NCBI GenBank assembly: GCA_043816955.1
Contig: JBDRHL010000104.1
Span: 3,790 to 27,789, forward strand
DNA from: Planctomycetota bacterium
GTDB lineage: Bacteria > Planctomycetota > Phycisphaerae > Sedimentisphaerales > CAYZTY01
DNA: 24,000 bases
Direction: 5' to 3'
Below are positions 1 to 8,581 of this stretch, piece by piece (the first letter of the stretch is position 1; each line of letters starts with the position of its first letter). Both the position numbers and the translations under genes were made by a program. Under the pieces are notes generated by a model. The model made no database searches. It saw nothing but the letters and a program-made list of their open reading frames with translations, and was not told the origin of the DNA.

Positions 1-850
1 GCTCCATGAGAAGATCAAGGGAAGGCAGAATATAATCGTCATAACTTTTCGGCACATAGGGCTTTTGCCCTTTGCCCGTATTGGTCGAGGTAACTTTGAT
101 GCCTGCTCTTTTAGGTCTTGCATCTTTTCTGCCAGCCTCCTCAGCCAGTATCTCGATCGTACTGTCATGATGTTCCGCCATCTCGTGGTCAAACTCGGCA
201 GTCTGCTGCGAATCAACCTGTTTTTGTTTTGTACTCAGCTTCTGCCATATATCCCCGAGAACCTGGGAATGTTCCCTGGCAGCGTACCACGCCGGCGCCG
301 CCAGGCCGAATACACGAACAAAAACCTTCCCAATCCATCTTGCTGTGAACACAACAACGACATCCGCAAGAAGAACTGCTCCGACAATCCAGGCGCTCAC
401 CAGAATTATTGCGGTACCCAGAATCGCGAAATGCTCGCGCAAAAAGATCACAACTGCCGTACCGAGCACCCCCCCTGCTCCGATAGGAAAACCATTGGCA
501 GTATCCTTGAGGATAAGGCCGGTGCTCGCTGAAGCAGCCAAAGTAAGCAGGCAAAACCCAGTTGACCGCAGTATCGGCTGAGTGATCTGTCGGCCTGCCA
601 GCTTTACCAGTAGTCCAGAGGTAGCCGTGCCAAGTACAATGAATATGCCTGGCCCGATATAATACATCAGATAGTAGGCCATGAAGCCCCCTATCGGGCC
701 ACACCAGTTCTTACTGGGTTGATTATGAGGCCAGACATAATCGCTGGGATAGTCGCCTATGTCAAAGCTCAGGCAGCTACAGAAAACCAGCATAAACCCC
801 GCCGCAGAGAAACAAAGAGCCGCGGTAATGTACGATTTCTTCTGAGCCAT
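1..850 (-). CDS. ftsK: DNA translocase FtsK, N-terminal membrane domain plus linker (gene continues beyond window start)
   Basis: The frame is open from ATG 850..848 down to position 2 with no stop. It is probably missing from the ORF track because it has no stop in the window. My translation is MAQKKSYITAALCFSAAGFMLVF...GPIGGFMAYYLMYYIGPGIFIVLG...GAGGVLGTAVVIFL...ILVSAWIVGAVLLADVVVVF. That gives four hydrophobic segments, then a charged linker ending ...YVPKSYDDYILPSLDLLME. The Y-x-LP-x-L-x-LL motif immediately precedes the FtsK/SpoIIIE motor domain. Confidence 0.75.
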   Translation of the reverse strand, partial: MAQKKSYITAALCFSAAGFMLVFCSCLSFDIGDYPSDYVWPHNQPSKNWCGPIGGFMAYYLMYYIGPGIFIVLGTATSGLLVKLAGRQITQPILRSTGFCLLTLAASASTGLILKDTANGFPIGAGGVLGTAVVIFLREHFAILGTAIILVSAWIVGAVLLADVVVVFTARWIGKVFVRVFGLAAPAWYAAREHSQVLGDIWQKLSTKQKQVDSQQTAEFDHEMAEHHDSTIEILAEEAGRKDARPKRAGIKVTSTNTGKGQKPYVPKSYDDYILPSLDLLME

Positions 851-992
851 AATAATGTCTCTGATTTCGTCCGATAAAAACAACTATTAACAGCGATAAT
901 AACAGCGCCTGCCAGACCGCAATATAATATATATCGACCACTTACCGGAATTCACTGCACTTTTAACAGACAGGACTCTGCCTTGATTCGGC

Positions 993-1020
993 TTGCAATT
1001 CCCCCTCGCGACTGTACAAT
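993..1020 (+). promoter_or_regulatory. Sigma70-like promoter giving a probably leaderless methyltransferase mRNA
   Basis: TTGCAA (993-998), 16-nt spacer, TACAAT (1015-1020). The ATG at 1028 lies 7 nt after the -10 element and no Shine-Dalgarno sequence intervenes. Confidence 0.4.
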
Positions 1021-1027
1021 CACCGGC

Positions 1028-1987
1028 ATGGAAGAGCTGCATAACAAGATAATACAAGGCGATTGTATAGAAATTTTAGGCGGTATCGACAGATCTTTCG
1101 CCGACCTGATCTTCGCAGATCCGCCTTTTAACATCGGATATCAGTATGATAAATACAAAGACACCGTAAAAAAAGAAAAGTACGTCGCCTGGACCGAAGA
1201 TTGGATGCGGGCATGCAAAAAAGTCTTAAAACCCAATGGGTCATTTTATATCGCGATAGGCGATGACTATGCTGCCAATGTCAAACTCATCGCCGAACAA
1301 ATTGGGCTGTTTATGCGAAACTGGATAATCTGGCACTACACGTTCGGGCAGCAGACAAAACAGAAGTTCGCCCGCGCCCATACCCACATCTTTTACTTTG
1401 TAAATGACGAGAAAAATTTCACCTTCAATGATTTTGCCGTACGCGTCCCTTCCGATCGTCAGATGATATATAACGACCGTCGCGCCGATGCCCGCGGCAA
1501 GATGCCTGACGACGTCTGGGACCAGTATTCTCGCGTATGTGGAACATTCAAGGAACGCCAGGGCTGGCATCCCTGCCAGATGCCGGAAACCCTGCTCAGT
1601 CGGATTATCTCGGTCAGCTCTAATCCAGGCGATTGTGTTCTTGACCCATTTATCGGGTCGGGCACCACTGCAGCAGCGGCCTATCAGCTCGGGAGAAATT
1701 ACGTCGGCCTGGACATATCGGCCAATTATGTCAAAAACACCCGCATGAGGCTAGAGGAGTTAAAACACAGTTCAGACAGACACAGAAACCTGTTTTTCCC
1801 CACGACAGAAATGAATGAACTGAAACGACTGCTGCGTGATACAGGCATATCCGCCGCCGAGATCTCAGGTGATAAGAAGATTCTGGATGTTCTCACAAAT
1901 CAGTTTCGCATACGCATGAATAACGGCCAAAACTATACCGCTGATAAAGTAGCCGTTGCTCTCGAAGGGTTACTCATTGAAAAGTGA
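1028..1987 (+). CDS. Orphan beta-class N6-adenine/N4-cytosine DNA methyltransferase (N4/N6 methylase family)
   Basis: Catalytic motif IV is ADPPFNIGYQYD (DPPF). It precedes the AdoMet-binding motif I LDPFIGSGTTAAAA, which is the beta-class order. A ~90-aa C-terminal extension follows. No restriction endonuclease gene is adjacent. I prefer the start at ATG 1028 (MEELHNKIIQGDC) over the track's TTG 983 because the predicted promoter lies between the two. Confidence 0.8.
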   Translation: MEELHNKIIQGDCIEILGGIDRSFADLIFADPPFNIGYQYDKYKDTVKKEKYVAWTEDWMRACKKVLKPNGSFYIAIGDDYAANVKLIAEQIGLFMRNWIIWHYTFGQQTKQKFARAHTHIFYFVNDEKNFTFNDFAVRVPSDRQMIYNDRRADARGKMPDDVWDQYSRVCGTFKERQGWHPCQMPETLLSRIISVSSNPGDCVLDPFIGSGTTAAAAYQLGRNYVGLDISANYVKNTRMRLEELKHSSDRHRNLFFPTTEMNELKRLLRDTGISAAEISGDKKILDVLTNQFRIRMNNGQNYTADKVAVALEGLLIEK

Positions 1988-3701
1988 TAACTTCAAGAGA
2001 ATAATACTGATCTTCACGGGTTTTTGCGCTACCGGCGTTATGCTGACGCTGATTCAGGCACCATTGAGCATCGACTACCTGGCATGGACTTCGCTGGTGC
2101 CTCTGGTTCTTCTGTCCAATGACAAATCCAAACCAGGACAGCTAATCCTCGCAGGCTATATCACCTGTTTTTGCTATTGGCTGATCAACCTGTACTGGCT
2201 GGGGTTCGTTACCGCCGCAGGCTGGATCGCATTTTGCCTATATATGGGCTGTTACTGGCCTGTATTGTCTGTCCTGCTGCGCTTCTGCCGCTGCAGAGCA
2301 ATTCCAATGATAATTGCTGTGCCTGTGCTGGTTGTCGGAGCAGAGTCATTTCAAGCCGTAATATTAGGAGGTTTCGGCTGGCGATATCTGGCACATAGCC
2401 AGTATGAAAACATCAGACTGATACAGATTGCCGACATCTTCGGCACTGCGGGAGTGTCTTTTCTCATCGCTATGGTCAATGGGGCTCTGGTTGATATGAT
2501 ATTAAACATATCGAAAAAATCAGCGGTCTCAGCAGGCAATATAACAGGCAATATAATTAGAATCGCAGTCGTCGCCTGTGCCATAACTGCAGCACTTTTG
2601 TATGGCTGCCAGCGGGTCAACCAAACGCCGGGTTATGTTTCAGAGGGGCCTCTTATAGCTTCCGTACAATGCAATATACCGTTGAGGGTAAAAGAATCAG
2701 GCCTCGCTGAAGTGCATATTCTTGCCGATCTGCTCAGGCAAAGCACGGCTGCTTCAAACAGCAAGGCTGAACTGATTGTCTGGCCTGAGACGATGGTCCA
2801 GACCACGCTTGATGAACGATTTCTGCTTCTGTGCGACCCCTGTCATCCCGCAAGGATTTTTGATGCTGTGCTGGGCGAACATGCAAAAGACCGGGCTTAT
2901 ATCCTGGTAGGATCTTACGCAGGAAAACCTGCAGTAATTGACGGAAAGAACTATCTTGTCGAAAGGTATAATTCGGCTTTTCTTTACCGCCCGGACGGAT
3001 ATCAGGACCCTAATCATTATGATAAAATTCACATCGTCCCGTTTGGCGAATATGTTCCCTTCAAAGAAAGCCTTCCGTCTCTGCACAAATGGCTCCTGAA
3101 GCTCACCCCCTATGAGTATGATTATTCCCTGAATCAAGGCAGCAATTATACTGTCTTTAACATGGCCGGCAAACCGCACGATTACAGGTTCGCTGTGCTG
3201 ATTTGCTACGAAGACACCATTGCCGGCATTGCCAGACACTTTGCACTAAATAAAAATAACAAAAAACGAATAGACTGGCTGGTCAATATCAGCAACGACG
3301 GCTGGTTCGTACGTTTCTGCGGAGGAGATGTTTCTGCGAGTACCGAACTGGTTCAGCATACCGCCATTTGTGTTTTCCGGGCTGTTGAGAACAGACTTGC
3401 GGTTGTCAGAAGCGTCAATACCGGCATAAGCTGTCTCATTGATTCACTCGGGCGGATAAAAAATGGTTATCTCAGCGGGAATTTGCCGATGAAAGCTATG
3501 GATCGACAGGGTGTCGCCGGATGGTTCGTTGACCGGGTCGATATTGACAAAAGGGTAACTTTTTTCAGCAGGTACGGGCAAGTTTTGGATCCTGCCTGTG
3601 CGGCTTTGTTGCTCCTCACAGCCCTATGGGCATTGAGAATTTGGCTTCAAAATCGCAAGGCCTCCTGCCCCCGGTCCAGGTTCTCAGAGTCCCCTGCATA
3701 A
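1956..3701 (+). CDS. lnt: Apolipoprotein N-acyltransferase
   Basis: 581 aa with a multi-span hydrophobic N-terminal half, then a CN-hydrolase domain. Motifs include AELIVWPET, FAVLICYE (catalytic Cys context) and WLVNISNDGWF. An extra C-terminal hydrophobic helix is present. The TTG start at 1956 overlaps the methyltransferase 3' end by 32 nt. Confidence 0.85.
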   Translation: MLSKGYSLKSDNFKRIILIFTGFCATGVMLTLIQAPLSIDYLAWTSLVPLVLLSNDKSKPGQLILAGYITCFCYWLINLYWLGFVTAAGWIAFCLYMGCYWPVLSVLLRFCRCRAIPMIIAVPVLVVGAESFQAVILGGFGWRYLAHSQYENIRLIQIADIFGTAGVSFLIAMVNGALVDMILNISKKSAVSAGNITGNIIRIAVVACAITAALLYGCQRVNQTPGYVSEGPLIASVQCNIPLRVKESGLAEVHILADLLRQSTAASNSKAELIVWPETMVQTTLDERFLLLCDPCHPARIFDAVLGEHAKDRAYILVGSYAGKPAVIDGKNYLVERYNSAFLYRPDGYQDPNHYDKIHIVPFGEYVPFKESLPSLHKWLLKLTPYEYDYSLNQGSNYTVFNMAGKPHDYRFAVLICYEDTIAGIARHFALNKNNKKRIDWLVNISNDGWFVRFCGGDVSASTELVQHTAICVFRAVENRLAVVRSVNTGISCLIDSLGRIKNGYLSGNLPMKAMDRQGVAGWFVDRVDIDKRVTFFSRYGQVLDPACAALLLLTALWALRIWLQNRKASCPRSRFSESPA

Positions 3702-3742
3702 TGTAATAATTTTCTATAATTTAACAGATTGTGGAGATTTTC

Positions 3743-4729
3743 ATGGGTAAAAAACTGGTTGTTTCACTGATGTTGTCTGCCCTATTGCTTGGCGGCTGCA
3801 AAAGAAATGGCGCTCAATCTCTGCCTTTGCGAGGTTCCGTGTCAGAGCCTCTCCTGGAAACTCAGGCTCTTGACATTGTCAAAGCAGGACTGACCCACAG
3901 CGACCCGCTCGTTCGCGCACGCGCCATAGAGGTCGTCGCCTTTCGAGGAAGGACCGATTTGATGTATTATGTAACCGCTCGAACAGCGGACGAATACGTG
4001 CCAGTTCGATTCGCCGCTGCTCTGGCTGTGGGGGACCTGAAATACGCACGAGGACTACCTGTCGTCGAATCTATGTTGAAAGACAGCAACCAAAATGTTC
4101 AGGTTGCCGCCGCTTATGCGTTAACCAGGCTCGGACAAAAGAACCTGCAACACGTCTTCCAGAGCGGACTGGACAGTTCCGATCAGACTGTAAGAGCAAA
4201 CACTGCTTTGGTTGTCGGGAAACTCGGCGAACCCCGATGGATCGGAAGACTGTACAAGGTAATCGAGTCGCCGGATTCGCAGGACAAAGCCGTTTATCAG
4301 GCCGCTGAAGCCATCGCGATGCTGGGTGATGAAAAGATTTACCCCAAACTGTGGACAATGCTGATAAGTGCTTATGCCGACGTACGGGTGATGGGCATAA
4401 AAGCCATGGGCGCATTGGGGACTGCGCAGGCCCAAAATGCGATTATCACATTATTGGATGACGAGATCCCCGAGGTGCGATTGGTCGCAGCGGGCCAGCT
4501 CGGTCAGCTTGGGGAAAACACCGGCGAAACGGTTGTTCTTGAGTTTTTTGCAGAGGGGCAGAAAAACCTGGATACGCCTGATCTTGAACGTGCAAAAGTT
4601 CTGACAGCCATTGCCATCGGCCAGATCGGCACCGACCGACTTGAGCGGCACTTGCCTGCCCTGCTGGAGGATGAGTCAATAATCGTCAGGTTGGCGGCGG
4701 CAAAAGCCGTGCTTATGCCAGCCAAATAA
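3743..4729 (+). CDS. HEAT-repeat lipoprotein (PBS-lyase HEAT-like repeats)
   Basis: GGAG (3733-3736) lies 6 nt before ATG 3743. The signal peptide carries a lipobox: MGKKLVVSLMLSALLLGGC. About nine repeats of the pattern xxxVRxxAAxALGxLG follow, for example DPLVRARAIEVVA, NQNVQVAAAYALTRLG, DQTVRANTALVVGKLG and IPEVRLVAAGQLGQLG. Confidence 0.7.
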   Translation: MGKKLVVSLMLSALLLGGCKRNGAQSLPLRGSVSEPLLETQALDIVKAGLTHSDPLVRARAIEVVAFRGRTDLMYYVTARTADEYVPVRFAAALAVGDLKYARGLPVVESMLKDSNQNVQVAAAYALTRLGQKNLQHVFQSGLDSSDQTVRANTALVVGKLGEPRWIGRLYKVIESPDSQDKAVYQAAEAIAMLGDEKIYPKLWTMLISAYADVRVMGIKAMGALGTAQAQNAIITLLDDEIPEVRLVAAGQLGQLGENTGETVVLEFFAEGQKNLDTPDLERAKVLTAIAIGQIGTDRLERHLPALLEDESIIVRLAAAKAVLMPAK

Positions 4730-4765
4730 ATAATAATAAGTACGCCGGGCTTAATGAAAAATGAC

Positions 4766-4794
4766 TTGACCTTAATAATTGGAAAACGTAAAAT
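4766..4794 (+). promoter_or_regulatory. Sigma70-like promoter upstream of the coiled-coil protein gene
   Basis: TTGACC (4766-4771), 17-nt spacer, TAAAAT (4789-4794). It sits ~80 nt upstream of the TTG start at 4874, which is preceded by AAGGAG. Confidence 0.4.
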
Positions 4795-4873
4795 TCGCAT
4801 ATTAAGTTTGTCCGATATATATGCCTGACTTCAATTTTGCAGAAGCCTTTGTAAGAGTTATAAGGAGTATATT

Positions 4874-5749
4874 TTGAGTGTATTAACGAAAGTTCTGATA
4901 ATTCTGCTGGTACTGTTTTCAAGCTTCCTTTGTGCAATTGTGGTAACTTATGTAGGGACTGCCAATAACTACAAAGCAGCGTACGAGGATCTCAACATAA
5001 CCGCAGAAGCACTCCGGCAAAACATTGCCAGTCTGAAAGAACAATTGAACGAACAGGCTGCCGCCGCTGAACAGATGAGTTCAATATTAAAAAAAAGAGC
5101 ACAGGCCTGTGATATTGAGAATGATCAGCTCCAGGTGGAACTTGCCAACAAAGAGCGAGCCAACTCCGTCCTGACGGAGCGAATAAACAGCTGGTCGGGG
5201 GAAGTAATGGCTTTCCGCCAGATTATTGCGAACATGGAAGATAACCTGAAGCAAACGAGAATAGCGCTCGATAAGGGCAGAATTGAGCAAATAGAAGGTC
5301 GTCAGAGACTCAATGAAATCGCATCGCAGTTAACTGAAAAACTTGTTCAGCTTGACGCTCTCGAAGCTGAACGAAGGCGCCTCCTTGAAAAGAACGCCTC
5401 GCTGGAGGAACAAATTACAGGCGTCAGAACAGTCCAACAGCCCGATATGGCACCGCCGCAGCCCGTTACTCCCTCAAGGGAGACGGTAACAGCGGCTCCG
5501 CCGGTTACAGCCGAAGTGGAACTGCAGGGTATCGTTACCGAAGTTGATCTGCGTAACTCACTTGTTACTATTTCGCTCGGCACTGCTGACGGCGTAAAAC
5601 CGGGAATGACATTCCATGTAACACGCGGCGATGAGTTCATCTGTGATATTATTATTTCTGATGTTGATACTGAAACATCTGCCGGCACCATGGGTATCAC
5701 CGCCGGCGACCCGCAAGTCGATGACAAAGTTTCAACCGGATGGTTGTAA
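4874..5749 (+). CDS. Membrane-anchored coiled-coil protein with Pro-rich linker and C-terminal beta-rich domain, function unknown
   Basis: AAGGAG RBS, then a TTG start. N-terminal TM helix VLTKVLIILLVLFSSFLCAIVVTYV. About 160 aa are heptad-like and Glu/Gln/Leu-rich (LKEQLNEQAAAAEQ...LEAERRRLLEKNASLEEQI). The linker is PDMAPPQPVTPSRETVTAAPPVT. The C-terminal domain reads GIVTEVDLRNSLVTISLGTADGVKPGMTFHV. Confidence 0.6.
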   Translation: MSVLTKVLIILLVLFSSFLCAIVVTYVGTANNYKAAYEDLNITAEALRQNIASLKEQLNEQAAAAEQMSSILKKRAQACDIENDQLQVELANKERANSVLTERINSWSGEVMAFRQIIANMEDNLKQTRIALDKGRIEQIEGRQRLNEIASQLTEKLVQLDALEAERRRLLEKNASLEEQITGVRTVQQPDMAPPQPVTPSRETVTAAPPVTAEVELQGIVTEVDLRNSLVTISLGTADGVKPGMTFHVTRGDEFICDIIISDVDTETSAGTMGITAGDPQVDDKVSTGWL

Positions 5750-5774
5750 ACAAAAAATTTGAAAGATACACAAA

Positions 5775-5945
5775 ATGAGTCCTGAAAGCCCGATTCGAAC
5801 CAGGAAAATCAGCCCTGCAAGCAGCTTATATACGGTGATTTTGGCCATAGTGCTCGGCGTCGTAGCCGCAACCAGTTGCTTTGTAGCTATAAAATGCTAC
5901 ATGGAATATGGGACAATCTTTAAAATTGCTGAAGTGTTTAAATAA
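5775..5945 (+). CDS. Possible 56-aa single-pass membrane protein
   Basis: ATG 5775 to TAA 5943-5945, below the track's size cutoff. Translation: MSPESPIRTRKISPASSLYTVILAIVLGVVAATSCFVAIKCYMEYGTIFKIAEVFK, with one clear hydrophobic helix. It fills the gap between the coiled-coil gene and mreB. No clear RBS. Confidence 0.35.
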   Translation: MSPESPIRTRKISPASSLYTVILAIVLGVVAATSCFVAIKCYMEYGTIFKIAEVFK

Positions 5946-6060
5946 GATCGACAGTACCGCGGAACTCTTAACCCGGCTGTTCAGGAATGTTCGCAGGGCG
6001 TGGTTGCATTTTGGCGGCATGGTTGTTACAAAATATATATAATAATTGAAGGGAGTCTCC

Positions 6061-7116
6061 GTGTTGCTTGATTCTATCTTAGGTTGGTTTAGTAAGGACA
6101 TGGGAATTGACCTGGGAACCTGCAATACGCTTGTCTGTGTCCGCAATGAGGGGATTGTTCTTAATGAGCCTTCCGTAGTTGCTGTTCGAAAAGGCACGAA
6201 TATAGTCCTCAATAATGGTGAAGCTGTCGGCCTTGTTGCACGCGAAATGCTCGGCAAGACACCAGGCTCTATAAGTGCTATAAGACCCCTCAAAGACGGC
6301 GTGATAAGTGATTTTGAAATCACCGAAGCCATGCTGGGTTATTTCATAAGAAAAGTACACGGCCGAGGCGGACTGGTGCGTCCAAGAGTAGTAATCGCGG
6401 TTCCAAGCGGGATAACAGCCGTTGAACGCCGGGCAGTCATTGACAGTGCGGAACGCGCCGGTGCCAGAAAAGTCTATCTCGTTGACGAACCCATGGCTGC
6501 CGGAATCGGCGCAGGACTGCCTATTACTGATCCGACTGCCTCTATGATCGTCGACATTGGCGGAGGAACCACCGAAGTAGCGATTATGAGCCTGGCGGAC
6601 ATCAGCACTTGCGATTCCATCCGTATCGGCGGAGACGATATGGATGAGGGCGTAATTAATCATCTAAAGCGCACCTATAACCTTCTGATTGGCGAGCCGC
6701 GAGCTGAGCAGGTGAAGATACAGATCGGTTCGGCTGCACCCATGACCGAAGAATTAACCATGGAAGTTGCCGGGCGTGATACCATATCCGGCCTGCCGCG
6801 CAAGATTGTTATTACCAGCGAGGAAATTCGGGAGGCACTGAGAGAACCGGTCGCAGCGATCATAGAGTCTGTTACAAGAACACTGGAAAAAGCAGAACCC
6901 GAACTGGCTGCAGACTTGATTGATAATGGATTGTATCTTTGCGGCGGAGGCTCACTGTTGCGTGGAATGGACACAGTCCTTTCAAATGCAACCGGCCTGC
7001 AGGTAAAACGTGTTGATGACCCCCTCACCTGCGTGGCCCGCGGTACCAGCGTGTATCTGGAGAATCTTGAACTCTGGAAAGATACAATGGATCATGATGG
7101 TTATGGATGGGATTAG
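6061..7116 (+). CDS. mreB: Rod-shape-determining actin homologue MreB
   Basis: Actin-fold phosphate-1 motif GIDLGTCNTLV. Further motifs are DEPMAAGIGAGL, IVDIGGGTTEVAI and LCGGGSLLRGMD. I prefer the GTG at 6061, which has GGGAG 5 nt upstream, over the track's TTG at 6046. Confidence 0.93.
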   Translation: MLLDSILGWFSKDMGIDLGTCNTLVCVRNEGIVLNEPSVVAVRKGTNIVLNNGEAVGLVAREMLGKTPGSISAIRPLKDGVISDFEITEAMLGYFIRKVHGRGGLVRPRVVIAVPSGITAVERRAVIDSAERAGARKVYLVDEPMAAGIGAGLPITDPTASMIVDIGGGTTEVAIMSLADISTCDSIRIGGDDMDEGVINHLKRTYNLLIGEPRAEQVKIQIGSAAPMTEELTMEVAGRDTISGLPRKIVITSEEIREALREPVAAIIESVTRTLEKAEPELAADLIDNGLYLCGGGSLLRGMDTVLSNATGLQVKRVDDPLTCVARGTSVYLENLELWKDTMDHDGYGWD

Positions 7117-7243
7117 TACCGTTGCCGACCCTTTGGAGAAAATGCCGTCATGACAATATGCGTGCACAAAGGAATGTGCGGCACCGTGTATTGGGAAAAG
7201 CTGTCCGAATGGCGGTTTTGTTTATCTTCCAACTCTTCGTGAA

Positions 7244-8053
7244 ATGACTCGCAGAAAGCTTAAAGTATCCAAAGGCTTCTTATTTACCTGGCTCATGCTT
7301 GCTGCCTTAATTGTTTTTTTGACTCCGGACATCATCACTTCAAGATTTCAATTGGGCCTCCTTAGTGTTTTCAAACCTCTGCTTGGATTAGGCCGGGGAA
7401 TATCGCTCTTTAGCCCCACAAAAAGCAGCCTGAGTGCTCAGCAGACAACCAGAAGAGAAAACTCCTATCAAAACCATTGCCGCAATCTTGAGGCTGAATT
7501 ACGTCAGGAGCGGGAAAAAGTCACACAACTGACCGGCCTTAAAAGCGGCAATGCATGGGAACGTGCAACGTACCTTTTGGTCAGAGTAGGTACAACTCAG
7601 CTCACTGCGTCGCACCATATTATCACCATTAACCGTGGAAGCACCGACGGTCTGGCGGTAGGCCAGTTTGTTCTGGGAGAAAATAGTGTCATTGGTGTGA
7701 TAAACGCTGTCTCATCAAACATAGCTACTGTAAAACTCACAACCGATCCCTCATCTAAACTCGGCGTGCAGATACTACACAACGACAAATACATCCAGGG
7801 TGTTTTGCAGGGTTCGCTGGAAGAGGGAGCAAAGATTAGCGGCCTGGCTGTCAAGGTCTTTCCTGAAGATACTGTTTACACCTACAAAGAGCCGTGGTTC
7901 ATCGAGACCCCTGTAGTTATTGGAAAAGTGCACAAGTGCACAAAAAGCGATGCCAATCCACTACTCTGGGATGTTTCCGTCAGACCTGTCTGTGATGTGC
8001 GGGGTCTGGATACCGTTGCCGTTATTATCATGAGCACCGAATATGAGGATTAA
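7244..8053 (+). CDS. mreC: Rod-shape-determining protein MreC
   Basis: It lies immediately after mreB. It has an N-terminal TM helix, a short coiled coil (LEAELRQEREKVTQL) and a beta-barrel-type region (GLAVGQFVLGENSVIGVINAVSSNIATVKLTTDPSSKLGV). Confidence 0.8.
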   Translation: MTRRKLKVSKGFLFTWLMLAALIVFLTPDIITSRFQLGLLSVFKPLLGLGRGISLFSPTKSSLSAQQTTRRENSYQNHCRNLEAELRQEREKVTQLTGLKSGNAWERATYLLVRVGTTQLTASHHIITINRGSTDGLAVGQFVLGENSVIGVINAVSSNIATVKLTTDPSSKLGVQILHNDKYIQGVLQGSLEEGAKISGLAVKVFPEDTVYTYKEPWFIETPVVIGKVHKCTKSDANPLLWDVSVRPVCDVRGLDTVAVIIMSTEYED

Positions 8054-8059
8054 CTATCA

Positions 8060-8578
8060 ATGCGATGGTTACGCTTTGCTGCAGTCGTTCTGATCGTGGT
8101 GTTGCTCCGGTTAAGCAACATAGATGACCTTATTGCGGTCACACGTTTCGGTATCAAGCCGGATCCGTTTTTGATACTGCTGGTTTTTTTTGCTGTTCAA
8201 TGCAGCGGCCATGATGCTATAATAATCTCATTTGTCCTGGGTTTTGCAGCGGATTTGGTCGGCGGCGCTATGGGCGTCCACATGATAAGCTTTGGCCTGT
8301 TGGGCTCGCTGCTTTGGCAGATTAATCAAGTCATCGTTGTCAGAAAATCAATGCATTTTGCCGCGGCTATATTCGTCACGGGATTCTGTTCAGAATTCAT
8401 TATACATTTCCTCACGGCGCTCAAGCTGGCTGACAGACCCGCCAATACATACCTGCTTGTCTTTGGAACATCAGTGTATTCGGCAGCTATAGGTCCGTAT
8501 ATCTGTTCAGCACTAAAACTGGCATCGAAATGGATGGGCCTCAGAAGGTATCGCCTCAGAATATCCATTGACAGGTAG
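8060..8578 (+). CDS. mreD: Rod-shape-determining protein MreD
   Basis: 172-aa polytopic hydrophobic protein in the conserved position after mreC. GAGGA lies 9 nt upstream of the ATG. The call rests mainly on synteny and topology. Confidence 0.7.
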   Translation: MRWLRFAAVVLIVVLLRLSNIDDLIAVTRFGIKPDPFLILLVFFAVQCSGHDAIIISFVLGFAADLVGGAMGVHMISFGLLGSLLWQINQVIVVRKSMHFAAAIFVTGFCSEFIIHFLTALKLADRPANTYLLVFGTSVYSAAIGPYICSALKLASKWMGLRRYRLRISIDR

Positions 8579-8581
8579 ACA

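Noticed and set aside
65-704. Track ORFs 65-532(+), 118-348(+), 345-581(+) and 213-704(-) at the left edge
   Set aside because: All of them overlap the long open minus-strand frame (850 to 2) that translates into a convincing FtsK N-terminus. Their own translations are low-complexity and Arg/Cys/Pro-rich, as is typical of off-frame reads.
983-1027. TTG 983 as the methyltransferase start
   Set aside because: The 15-codon extension would cover the TTGCAA-N16-TACAAT promoter. The conserved N-terminus begins at MEELHNKIIQGDC.
5785-5806. GGTTCGAATC on the minus strand (5801..5792), resembling a tRNA T-loop
   Set aside because: The flanking bases CCTGG and CGGGC cannot form a T-stem, and no acceptor or anticodon arms are evident. 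The motif lies inside the small 56-aa ORF.
6079-6663. 194-aa antisense ORF inside mreB, and similar long antisense or off-frame ORFs inside lnt, mrdA, ftsI, the capsid gene and the tape-measure-like gene
   Set aside because: Each lies entirely within a gene with strong motif support on the other strand or frame. They have no RBS and no recognisable motifs.
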